Made by a program: the position numbers and the translations under genes
Assembly (NCBI RefSeq): GCF_001194135.2
Contig: NC_068984.1
Span: forward strand, 21,495,478-21,528,637
Length of the DNA: 33,160 nucleotides
Source of the DNA: Octopus bimaculoides
Lineage: Eukaryota
Direction of reading: 5' to 3'
Notes under the pieces: generated by a model
The model's input: the letters and a program-made list of their open reading frames with translations, nothing else
What the model was told of the DNA's origin: nothing
Database searches by the model: none
Part shown: in pieces, positions 9,932-21,102 of the stretch
How positions within the stretch are numbered: the first letter of the stretch is position 1
Layout of the letters: every line of letters begins with the position of its first letter

Positions 9932-12900
9932 TAAAATATGTATATGTATGTGCATATTTGTCTTAACATTGTGATAGTGTCACTGTTATAGAAATGAGGT
10001 CATTTGTCCCCAATCTTCTGTGAAAGGATGTCCAGTCGTGGGGAAATATTACTTTGCCTGAAAACAAATGAGGTTTTGTGACAGGAAGAGTATCTGGCTG
10101 ATGAAAATATGCCTCAATGAATTTTTTCTGATCCATGCAAGCATGGAAAAGTGAATTGTTAAAACTGATAATGATGATGGACCTCAGGTATGAAACTACA
10201 TACTGTTATGTATATGGTGTGGTATTACTATTTCTACCAACACTCATGCTGATGTCACATAAAAAGCACCCTGTACATTTTGTGGAGTGGTTGGTGTTAG
10301 AAAGGGTATCCAACTGTAGAAACCATACCAGAACAGATATTGGGATCTGGTGTGGCCCCTTGCCTTACCAGCTCTGGTCAAACACCAACACATGCCAGCA
10401 TGGACAATGGACATTAAATGATGATGATATTAATTAAAGTAATAAATAGTTTCTCGCATTGAAAGAAGTATAGGGTGGTTGTATCAAACTGGAGTTTATT
10501 AATTCTGGATTTAATTAGTACAAAGTGACAGGTCAATTGACGTCAGTATACGAGGTGATACTTAGAAGGATGAAAGGTGAAATTGCTGCTGGCAATTTTT
10601 TTATGTGGAACAAAATATATGCTGTTGGGGGTTAAGTCAGGTGCTCCATTATTTCTACCTGCTGATAATAATAATATTTAAATTTATCCATTTCAGATTT
10701 TTGATGAAACTCAGTCATGAGACTGTGACTATTGAATTAAAAAATGGCACTCTTGTACATGGAACCATCACAGGTCTGTTGTGTTATCATACTTGTATAA
10801 CTGTTTCAATTATCTCTATGCAGTTATAATTTCAACTAATGATCCATTATATTTCTTGTCCATTTATATGACATCCCTTCCAAATTGTATTTGTATCTTA
10901 CATTGTTTCCTATTTATGATGCTGCATCATTTTAGTACTTGTTCATATGAAATGAGAGTTCAATTTTGCTATATCACTGGCTTTTCTACTTTGTTTTCTT
11001 TGTGGATAAGGAAAATTCATTATATTGAAATCAGACAGATAAACATACGTACATACAGCTGATGCTACATTGTTGCTGGACAGGTTAGAAATAGCACCCA
11101 AGAGTCTCTCAGCAAATCATGAGGTGTAATTATCCTAGTTGAGAAAGGACTAAAGAGAGCTCACAACTCTACTCTTTCCCTGCTCATTTGCCAACCGTTT
11201 TACAGTGTGTACTGGGTGCATTTTTTATAGCACCAGTGCTAGAGTGGTCATCTCTCTTAGCAGTCACTTGTAAAGGGAGTGCAATTGTATATGTATGTGT
11301 GCATGTACATGAATGTTTATATTCCATCCTTGTTATTGCTTGAGTGATGGCGATGATGATAACATTACAGGCCATTGTTCTGATCTTTCAAACACCTCTG
11401 AAATTGAAAAAAAAAATCTCTTACTTGAACAACAGGTAAAGGTTAGCAACATGGAAAAAATCTGATTATAAAAATCCAGCCTGAAACAACTATCTCCCTA
11501 ATTCTTGCTAGCATGGAAAGAATGACCTAAATGAACAAACACTCCATCCATCATACATCTTGTTTCATTAGCCAGTATGTGAATCGACACGATTGCTTTA
11601 CCTGTTAGAAATAGCAGCCAAATGTCACTCAAATCACAGCTGGCCTCCTTGAAAAAAGGAAGAATACATTGGACGTTGTAATCATAGATATATAAAAAGA
11701 TGGGATACTTACAGTTGGAATCTCTATGATCATAGGTCTACTATATCAAAGCTGATTTGAGCTAAACTACAACAATCACAACGACTTGTTCCTCTATATA
11801 ATCTTGTGGATTATGTAGTTTTTGGTGTTTAGCTTCTGGTCATTACTGATTCTATAGAGGTATAATCAAAAACTTTGTGGCCATTCCATTTTTTGTTTTT
11901 CTAGAACGTTGCATCCAGCGCAACATTATCCATGTATTTGTTTTAAGATAATTGTGCCATTGCCAGTACCGCTGGATTGGCCCTCATGCTGGTGGCACGT
12001 AAAAAACACCCACTACACTCTCGGAGTGGTTGGCGTTAGGAAGGGCATCCAGCTGTAGAAACTCTGCCAGATCAGATTGGAGTCTGGTGTAGCCATCTGG
12101 TTCGCCAGTCCCCAGTCAAATCGTCCAACCCATGCTAGCATGAGTTGGACGATTTGACTGAGGACTGGCAAACCAGAAGTNNNNNNNNNNNNNNNNNNNN
12201 NNNNNNNNNNNNNNNNNNNNNNNNNNNNNNNNNNNNNNNNNNNNNNNNNNNNNNNNNNNNNNNNNNNNNNNNNNNNNNNNNNNNNNNNNNNNNNNNNNNN
12301 NNNNNNNNNNNNNNNNNNNNNNNNNNNNNNNNNNNNNNNNNNNNNNNNNNNNNNNNNNNNNNNNNNNNNNNNNNNNNNNNNNNNNNNNNNNNNNNNNNNN
12401 NNNNNNNNNNNNNNNNNNNNNNNNNNNNNNNNNNNNNNNNNNNNNNNNNNNNNNNNNNNNNNNNNNNNNNNNNNNNNNNNNNNNNNNNNNNNNNNNNNNN
12501 NNNNNNNNNNNNNNNNNNNNNNNNNNNNNNNNNNNNNNNNNNNNNNNNNNNNNNNNNNNNNNNNNNNNNNNNNNNNNNNNNNNNNNNNNNNNNNNNNNNN
12601 NNNNNNNNNNNNNNNNNNNNNNNNNNNNNNNNNNNNNNNNNNNNNNNNNNNNNNNNNNNNNNNNNNNNNNNNNNNNNNNNNNNNNNNNNNNNNNNNNNNN
12701 NNNNNNNNNNNNNNNNNNNNNNNNNNNNNNTATATATATATATATATATATATCTATCATCATCATCATCATCGTTTAACGTCTGCTTTCCATGCTAGCA
12801 TGAGTTGGACGATTTGACTGAGGACTGGCAAACCAGAAGTCTGCACCTGGCCCCAATCTGATCTGGCAGAGTTTCTACAGCTGGATGCCCTTCCTAACGC

Positions 12901-15900
12901 CAACCACTCTGAGAGTGTAGTGGGTGCTTTTACGTGCCACCGGCACGAGGGCCATTCACACAGTACTGGCAATGGCCACGCTCAAAATGGTGTTTTTTAT
13001 GTGCCACCTGCACGGGAGCCAGTCCAGCGGCACTGGCAACGACCTCGCTCGAATGATTTTCTAACGTGCCACCACGTTAGAAAATCATTGGCACGTTAGA
13101 AAATCATTGCTAGAAGGCGACACTGGTAACGATTACACTCAAGTGATGCTATTTATGGGCCACTAGGACGGAAACCAGACAGCTGCTCTGGCAATGAACA
13201 TGCTTGGACAGTGCTGTTAGTGCTCCACTGGCGCAGGTGCCAGTCATCAAATATGGTTCAATTACGGTTTCGATTTCACTTAAACAAAATCAAACACACA
13301 TACACAAGGTGTGTGTCTTGTTAGTATTTGGGTTGGCTGCATTTTAGGTGTAAGAGAATATATTCTCAATGCGTCTGGTGTTAAACACCTAAAAGTAAGT
13401 CATAGTCAAGCGAGAAAACTCACATTAGGTCATTTTCGGAGTGACAGACATTGATGTTTTGTCATTGTTGCAACTTTTCAGTGCTGTGTACTGAACAAGG
13501 CCTGCTGCAAGCTATATTGTTGACTATGGCTATATGCTAAATGGTTTAAAAATCATCTGCTGGCATGTCCCAATGTTTCATGTCACAGAAAAAATTCAAT
13601 TATAAATTAGAAGCTGCTTGAGGTATATAAACAAAATCGAACATATATATATCCTGCGAAGTAGGATATGTGCAAGGTACTTGCATCTATCTGGTAGTAC
13701 TGAGTATTTTCATTAACTGTTACAAAAGAAAAGGAAATACTTTGGAAAGAAGCTACTGCAGAGGGCTAGGTTATGAAAATTAGCAGGAGTTATATTGTAA
13801 TTGGTTAGGAAGAGAATCAACTCTGATGAGGCAGTCTGGATTTATGCCAAGGCCCTCTTCCTAGTGAGACCACTACAGGAGAAATGCTTAGTGCTTATCT
13901 AAGAAAAGTAAGTGAAAGTATTTGACATAAGTGTTTTCGTTTCACTTTTGACACGTAATACTTAAATAGTGGAGGAGATATTATGTTGCTGTGGGCTCGA
14001 ACTATGCAAAAAGTTAAAAAATATTTTTAACTAAAACATGTGTAAAATTTAATGAAATTGGTTGTGTAGTTCTGGAGTTTTAGGGATTCACACAGACACA
14101 CAGACATACATTCTCAATTTTATTTCTATATAGATTACTTTCAAACAAGAGGTTTGTATCATGGAATCAGGGTGTAATCTTGGGCTAGTTGGTATCAAAA
14201 GCTTTTATTAAATTTTTACTAAGAATGTGCTAAACCCAAGAGCAGTAAACACAAGTGTAGCTGTGTAGTTTTATACGTTTACTTTTGTCATCATGTGGGT
14301 CTGGGTTCAATATTACTGGTCAGTTTATTCAACAAAAATCCCTTAAAGGCCGTGCAGTCTACTGACTGAAACTATTAAAAGAAATTAGCAAACTGACCAC
14401 GACAAAAATGACCATACTTAAGAACAGCTGAAATGATGTTATCAGGAGTATAATTAAAGAAAGCTTATCTGTTTCTCACAAATGAGTATGACCTGGTAGC
14501 AGTGTAGTATGTGTTTGGTTGTTTTAGGTGCCTATGTAATCATGAGTATATATAGATATCTTCTCAGCCCTCCTGCCCTGGGCCTAGTGGAACATCGGAA
14601 ACTTGATAGTCGGAGAGAGAGAGAGAGAGAGAAAGATCGCTGCACCACCTTTAGGCTATGCACTTTCAGCTGAGTATACTGGAGCAGCATGGAATGAAGT
14701 GTCATGCTGAAGGGCACAACTTGTTCAGTCCAAAAATGAAACCTATGAGCTTACAATCATGAGCCCAAACCCTAACCACCTGGTCACATGCCCCCACTAA
14801 TTATATTGAGTATTATTAGTTTATGTACTGGAAAAAATTATATGACTACTTTCTTGGTCACTAAAGAAACATCATCATTATCATCATTTAACATCCATTT
14901 GTCCATGCTGGCATGGGTTGGACGGTTTGACCAAGGCTGGTAAGCTGGGAGGCTGCACCAGACTCCAGTCTGTTTTGGCATGGTTTTCAATGGCTGGATG
15001 CCCTTCCTAACACCAACCACTGAGTGTAATGGGTGATTTTTACATGCCACCGGCATGGGTGCCATTTGCGTGACACTGGTATCTGCCACGACTGCAATTT
15101 TGCCTGGCTTGACGGGTCTTCTTCTCAAGCATGATATAATGCCAAAGGTCTCTGTCATTGCTTCTGTGAGGCCCTCCGCTCGAAAGGAACTCAGCCACTT
15201 TGCCTCTGTGAGGCCCAACGCTTGAAAGGAACTTGGTCACTTTTCCTCCATGAGAATCAACGCCTAAAAGGAACTCAGCCACTTTGCTTCTGTGAGGCCA
15301 AACAATCGAAAAGAACTCCGCCATGTAAATCTGTTGCAAAAAGATTCTAGAATTATTTTTCACAACTACCTTTCATATTTGAATTTGCTTTGCATCCGTT
15401 TTTCCATGCCAGCATTGGTAGAATGGTTCCCATTTGAGAAATTACTTTTGCATTTGTGTACCCATCTTAGTGTAACTGTGAAGTAGAAATGGAAGAAGTG
15501 TTTTGTTCCTTGCTCAACAAAAATATTTTGTAAGATTATTTTTTTGATGCCCAAAATTGGTAGTGACCATTGGTAAGAATTGCATAGTGTACCTTGTAGA
15601 GAAAACATTCTATGAGGGATGCCAGCATTGTTACTGATGAAAAATCAAAGCTAGTAGAATAGAACATGCACAATTGTTGAGAATTGAGTAAAAAATAATT
15701 GTTTGTTCATATTGTAACATCAATTTGTTTAAATTTACACAGGTTATTTTAGATTAGTTTATTTGCTGGAGCAATTATTTTGTCTGACAGATGCCCTGAC
15801 TACAACTATAAACTGTTGATGTGTGAAATAGGAGTGGGGCCTGTTTTATCTTCAGTTACAGGTGAACTGAAGCCATCAGAATTAGCTATCTTGGTCTGTG

Positions 15901-17394
15901 GCACAACATGAACTCTTTAACATTTAAACCGATCATATCTGACCCAAATATTGTTGTTTTTAATGTTCAAAGTTACCAGATCTGGCCTCTTACACCTACC
16001 CTAAAGTGTCATTCTAAAAATATACAATCACATCATCAAAATCTCAAAGCTATGATTAATTCATGATTAATTCAAAACAATGTGAATCAATAACCTTTAC
16101 ATTTGACAGTATAATCTAAATGCTAAAGGGTTAAAAGACTGTATTAAGATATGAACATATGGCCATATAGTCTGTGATCTAATGCTGTTGTACCTCATTT
16201 TCTTAAAAACTATGAATACTATTAATACTATTGGGGTTATCTAATTCTCTACCACACAGTCATTCATCTTCTCTGTCCACTGTTCTTGGGAGGGTTGTGT
16301 TAGTAGAGTCCTTAGGTACTTCCTCCATAGGGTCCTATCAGAAGCAACCATCATTAGGTTTTCTGGCTTGATTCCTAAGCATGACCAACTGAGAATGGCT
16401 ATCATCCAATCATCTCGTTCTAGGTCTACCCTAGGTCTCCTACTAGTCAGCTTGACTTGAAGAATCCATCTTGCAGTTCTTTTCTGTGACATTCTAATCA
16501 TGTCTGTAGTGTTGGAGCTGTGACCTCTCAATGCAGGGAAGTAGTGGTTTAACCTGGAGAGACTGGTCTGATCTCTGAGCTATGCACCTTGTCAAATAAT
16601 GATACTCCAGGAGCCCTATGGAGGAACTACATTTTGCTCGCTTGTATTTGCGATTGTACTCATGACTATAAGTGAGGATAAGCATGTAAATTCAATTTTT
16701 TATTAACCGCTTCTGTCTGCTTCTGAGTATTGAATACTGGAACTAGTGCATTACTGTGCCAGCACTTGCAATTCTAACATCCAATCCAGCCTTCTACCTT
16801 CCATCACTGAATGAATTTGCTGCTGAGTCCTGCAAGACAAGGATGAGAATTAGTGTTGTAAAGACTGAGACATTGGTCCTCTCAAGAAGCTCATCCCAAT
16901 ACATTCTGCATGTTAGCAGAATATTAATAGAACAAGTGGAGAAGTTAAGTGTCTCAGGGCCACGTAGCTATTCAAGTAATAATTATTTTGTGAAAGAATC
17001 TTCTATTAAAAGCTCAAGCTGACAAAACATGAAAAATGGTAAAATTTCCTGATTCCTGTAATTTTCATTTGATATTTATTGTTAAATATGTACCATTGTT
17101 TTTACTTCAGATGGAATTTTCTAAGGTGTTTATGGTGACATGAGAGAGTGTGGTGTGAAAGAGCAGTGACTTCAACTAAATTGAATATGTTGAGATTTTA
17201 GCAAGAATTATAACTGTGGTTGTTAAGCTTTCACTCCCCTCAATTTCACTTGATTTTATGTATGTGTGCATAAAATATATGCATGTACTTTATATCTTAA
17301 TGATCTATTTTCTGTTTCAGCTGCCCCTGGACGAGGTCGGGGTCGTGGACGTGGCAGAGGTCGTGGCCGTGGCAGAGGCCGAGGGCGAAGATAA
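7648..17394 (+). CDS. SNRPD1: Small nuclear ribonucleoprotein Sm D1, spliced gene span (exon 3 not seen in readable sequence)
   Basis: Exon 1 + exon 2 give [30 protein letters not shown](G), the Sm D1 N-terminus. The last exon gives the GR-dipeptide tail. Introns are GT-AG, and coding lengths of 14 and 77 nt match the vertebrate SNRPD1 layout as I recall it. Confidence 0.93.
8748..8855. repeat. 108-nt fold-back inverted repeat in SNRPD1 intron 1
   Basis: Arms 8748-8795 and 8809-8855 are largely complementary, with a 13-nt loop. Confidence 0.85.
9503..9790 (-). mobile_element. Diverged RTE LINE 3' end
   Basis: (ATC)n tail on the left and similarity to the reverse complement of 5976-6350. Confidence 0.65.
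10250..10430 (+). mobile_element. Diverged RTE 3' UTR fragment
   Basis: gagtggttggtgttagaaagggtatccaactgtagaa ... catgccagcatgga ... ttaaatgatgatgat. Confidence 0.65.
10697..10773 (+). CDS. SNRPD1: SNRPD1 coding exon 2 (77 nt)
   Basis: Acceptor ccatttcag, translation (R)[25 protein letters not shown](G), donor gtctgt at 10774. Confidence 0.95.
11957..12142 (+). mobile_element. RTE 3' UTR copy
   Basis: High similarity to 100-265 and 6150-6300. Confidence 0.8.
12181..12730. other. Assembly gap inside SNRPD1 intron 2 (others: 721-1284, 5874-5933, 18562-18571, 26711-26812, about 28077-28086, 32383-32760)
   Basis: Runs of N. Confidence 0.98.
12755..13270 (-). mobile_element. RTE 3' UTR copy with expanded internal subrepeats
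   Basis: (ATC)n tail at 12757-12773 followed by the reverse complement of the family 3' end. Confidence 0.8.
14870..15324 (-). mobile_element. RTE LINE 3' end with 4 x 42-bp tandem units at its 5' edge
   Basis: Minus translation GLTEAMTE.. resembles GLTEAMTT; units at 15160-15201, 15202-15243, 15244-15285 and 15286-15324. Confidence 0.75.
15911..16134. mobile_element. piggyBac-like MITE, same family as 3655-4127
   Basis: aactctttaacattt ... aaatgctaaaggg|TTAA; the interior matches the reverse complement of 3915-4127. Confidence 0.7.
16241..16945 (-). mobile_element. Decayed RTE-clade LINE ORF2 fragment with inverted 5' segment
   Basis: Minus 16241-16720: [65 protein letters not shown]. Plus 16725-16945: [39 protein letters not shown] (late RT domain). 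Confidence 0.8.
17321..17394 (+). CDS. SNRPD1: SNRPD1 terminal coding exon, GR-repeat tail
   Basis: Acceptor ttttctgtttcag; phase-1 reading gives xAP(GR)10R then TAA at 17392-17394, the typical Sm D1 methylated tail. Confidence 0.9.
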
Positions 17395-17537
17395 TTTCTT
17401 ATATAGATATTTTTACATTTTTTTTTATTACCTTCTCTCATTTCAAATTTTATATAAAAACAACTTTTTGTCAGCATTTTGTCATCTTCAAATTATTGCA
17501 GTGGAGTCCATTGCATCATTTTCCTTATCACATCCGT

Positions 17538-17543
17538 ATTAAA
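17538..17543 (+). terminator. Candidate SNRPD1 polyadenylation signal
   Basis: ATTAAA about 145 nt after the stop, followed by a GT/T-rich tract (ttgttgtgtttatttt) near 17568-17585. Confidence 0.4.
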
Positions 17544-17684
17544 AGATATTAGAATAGCTTTTGAAGAGTTGTTGTGTTTATTTTACTCCATTTTATGACT
17601 GAACATAGGTTCACTATTCTAGATTTGCTGGGTTCTTATTGTAACTCAGCTACTGTTACACATGCACACACACACACACACACA

Positions 17685-17901
17685 CTGGCAGAAACGTTAG
17701 CACCCTGGGCGAAATGTTTTGCGGTATTTTGTCTGCCGCTACGTTCTGAGTTCAAATTCTGCCGAGGTCGACTTTGCCTTTCATCCTTTCGGCGTCGATT
17801 AAATAAGTACCAGTTGCGCACTGGGGTCGATATAATCGACTCAATCCGTTTGTCTGTCCTTGTTTGTCCCCTCTGTGTGTAGCCCCTTGTGGGTAGTAAA
17901 G

Positions 17902-17906
<5 letters not shown>
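17685..17906 (+). mobile_element. SINE inserted within a (CA)n tract
   Basis: Same family as 3681-3912; (CA)n on both sides. Confidence 0.8.
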
Positions 17907-17939
<33 letters not shown>

Positions 17940-18430
17940 ATCATCACAATTGTCGCCATGATGCTACTGATGATGATGTGTACTTCGCTTGCATTGGAGA
18001 ACCATGTCCTACTCCATTGTCTCAGTTTTGTCATGGTTTCTGTGGCTTGATGCTCTTCCTAACACTAACCACTTTACAGAGGATACTGGGTACTTTGGCA
18101 TTAGTGAGGTTGCCTCACAAATGATAGGAGAATAGAAAAGAATGTTGACATAAGGTAATGAAAGAGGATAAAGATATAGACGATAATGACGATGATGATG
18201 ATAATCATCATCATTTTGATTGTTTTCGCATCCAATTTTCCATGCTTGCTTGGGTCAAATGAAATTTATTTAGGTAGATTTTCTGTGGTTGAATACCCTT
18301 CTTGTCACCAAACTTCACCTGTTTTTCAATCCAGCTAAGATTTCCCCATGGCCAGACATTATATTTATATGGAAGATTGGCAATGGAGGACACTATGATG
18401 GTGATGCTTGTACTGTTGTGCAGTGTCAAA

Positions 18431-18730
18431 TCATCATCATCGTTTAACATCCACTTTCCATGCTAGCATGGGTTGGACGATTTGACTGAGGACTGGGGAA
18501 ACCGGATGGCAACACCAGGCTCCAATCTGATTTGGCAGAGTTTCTACACCTGAATGCCCTTNNNNNNNNNNACCGGATGGCAACACCAGGCTCCAATCTG
18601 ATTTGGCAGAGTTTCTACACCTGAATGCCCTTCCTAACGCCAACCACTCAGAGAATGTAGTGGGTGCTTTTACGTGTCACCCGCACGAAACGTGTCACCC
18701 GCATGAAACGTGTCACCCGCACAAAATCAA
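18431..18730 (-). mobile_element. RTE 3' UTR copy (about 60-nt false duplication across gap 18562-18571)
   Basis: Reverse complement of 1-290; three 18-bp acgtgtcacccgcacgaa units at about 18672-18725. Confidence 0.75.
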
Positions 18731-18894
18731 GAACACGATTACACATCATACATATATACGTGTAGAAATATATCTATCCATCATTATCATCTTTTAACCC
18801 TTTAGCATTTAAATCAGCCATATTCAGCTCAAACATTCTCTCTGTTTTATATTAAAACTGGCCAAATCCAGCCACTCATACCTGCCCTACAGTG

Positions 18895-19220
18895 TCATTC
18901 TAAAAATAAAATAATCACATTGAAATTTCAAAGCTGCAAGATAATGTGTCTTCTATGCTCTAATTCTAAAAATAAATAATCACATTGAAATTTCAGAGCT
19001 ACAAGATAATGTGTCTTCTATGCTGTAATTCTAAAAATGAATAATCACATTGAAATTTCAAAGCTACAAGATAATGTGTCTTCTATGCTGTCATTCTAAA
19101 AATAAATAATCACATTGAAATTTCAAAGCTACAAGCTAATGTGTCTTCTATGCTGTAATTCTAAAAGTAAATGATCACATTGAATTTTCAAAGCTACGAG
19201 ATAATGTGTGTCTTCTATGA
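18895..19220. repeat. Minisatellite, 5 x 65 bp, inside a piggyBac-like MITE starting at 18794
   Basis: Unit taattctaaaaataaataatcacattgaaatttcaaagctacaagataatgtgtcttctatgctg; starts at about 18895, then 18961, 19026, 19091 and 19156. Confidence 0.9.
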
Positions 19221-20649
19221 TGTGAATGATGTACCAAAATCCAGTGGGTTAGAGGATTGTCGTGCTTCAATATTTGGTGTGGTTTCTGTGATTGGATGCC
19301 AATGATTTATAGAGCATACTGGCTGCATTTTTCTTGGCACTAGTACTAGTGAAGTTGCCATGTAGCTCTTAGGACTAAGATTCCCATCAAATGAGTGGGT
19401 TCACAGTAGAACAGTGGGTAGCTTTATGTGAGATAACAAAAGGTTAGTATGAATAAAGGTGCCAAAACAGGTTTCTTGCTGTAGAAGAGAGATATCTGCT
19501 GGAGAAAATCTGATCCAATAAATTCTGCTTGACAGATGCAAGCAATGGGAAGATGTATGTTAAGACGATGACGATGATGAAATTATATACACGGCATTTG
19601 TAAATATGGCTGAAGACAGAAAAGATCCCAATATAAGAGAGGGACCAAATATTTCTCCCTTATTGCGTATTCTTGATATCAAATGGTTTTTATATATGGC
19701 TAGAGCTGTTCATTCAGGGTTGACCTGGTCTTACATAAACGACAGAAAGCAGAAATAAATAGTACTCTGCCAGAAATTTACTGATTGCAATTAAATATTT
19801 GCTAGACTCATCTAAAAGTAGTGATACATATTCTGAAATATATATTTTGATAATCTGCACAAAGTCCAATCTCTCGATCGTGTAAAATATTTATAATGAT
19901 TAAACTGATATGAAATTAAATTGAAGTTGTTACTTGTCACTTCATAGCCAAAAAAACAAGAGAGAAAATTACAAAATGAGAACGAGAGAGCAAGTATGGC
20001 TGCTTAGTTACAGTGATATACGGTGTCTGAAGGTTTGCTCGATCGAGGATGATTTTGGGCTGTATAACAACAAAATTACTTCGTATTCTTTTTAATATAT
20101 AAAAAAACAAGGAAAGATAATTCTGTAATTATATTAAAGAATACTCTCCCTTAAGTTTCCATCAGTTACGTCCCTTCGACGCCAAATATCGCGCTATTAA
20201 TTTCAACAAGCTGTAGTATATTAGAAACACCTCATTAACTGCTGTTTTGGGTAACATCTGTCTCTCGGACTAATTATTGAAGTAATACTCTGTGGTTTTG
20301 TAATAAATTATATTTGTCAGTGAAATATGGTAACTAGAAACAGAACATCTGTTGGAGAGACCTCCTTGTCTTGGAGTTGTTGACTATTTAACAAAACCTG
20401 GCTCTAAAGAATCTTTTAACGAAGTCCATTCTATTGCAAGGATTCGATTCAACTCACTTACAGGTTCAGGGACAGCTATCTCCTTCCTTTTCATCAGATA
20501 AGGGCTATGGTCGCTGCCCTTCCATTCAGTTAAATTCCAGTAACAGCTGGAGATTAACCCTGTGATGGACTTGCATCTCGTTCAACAGGGTAGTATTGTA
20601 CTGTCAGTTGGTTTTACAACAGGGGTAAACGGAATAAGATCGAGACAGA

Positions 20650-20940
20650 CCTAAGGCTTAGCTAGGACTCCATCACAGCCTGCTCGTGAAATTAATGTAG
20701 AAGTAGCTGAGCACTCTACAGACACAATCGTACCCTTAGCGTAGTTCTCAGGGAGATTCAGCGTGACACAGAATGCGACAAGGCTAGCCCTTTGAAAAAT
20801 AGAGAGGTACGACTCGTTTTTGTCAGGTGAGTGGACTGGAGCAGCGTGGAATAAAGTGTCTTGCTCAAAGACACAACGCATCGCTGGGAATCGAACTCCC
20901 GATCATAAGCCGAATATCCTCATCACTAAGTCACGCGCCT
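20650..20940 (-). mobile_element. tRNA-head SINE sharing its body with 3128-3500
   Basis: Minus head with gttcgattccc, then ttgagcaagacacttt..ctccagtccactca; 3' body matches 3340-3445. Confidence 0.7.
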
Positions 20941-21102
20941 TCATATCTAGGACATATGTATACGTGTGTGTATGTGCATTCATGTTTGAATGTGAGTGAG
21001 CGCGCGTGATTGAACGTGTAAACAATGCTATTGTTGTGAAGAAGTAAACGAGAGAGCCTCTTGGCAGATGCTTTAATAAATGATGCAATAATAAATAGAA
21101 TC

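Noticed and set aside
13740-13860. RT-like peptide trace (..RQSGFMPR..)
   Set aside because: Probably an old LINE scrap, but too short and degenerate to annotate.
7662-17320. Intronic C/D-box snoRNAs in SNRPD1
   Set aside because: The RTGATGA matches I noticed fall in repeat tails, without a paired CTGA and terminal stem.
17216-17542. ORFs 17216-17542 (+) and 17256-17477 (-, PR-rich)
   Set aside because: Off-frame and antisense shadows of the SNRPD1 GR exon.
18501-18632. About 60-nt direct repeat around a 10-N gap
   Set aside because: Typical scaffolding overlap artefact.
18895-19220. CRISPR-like array
   Set aside because: Contiguous tandem units with no unique spacers, in a eukaryotic context.
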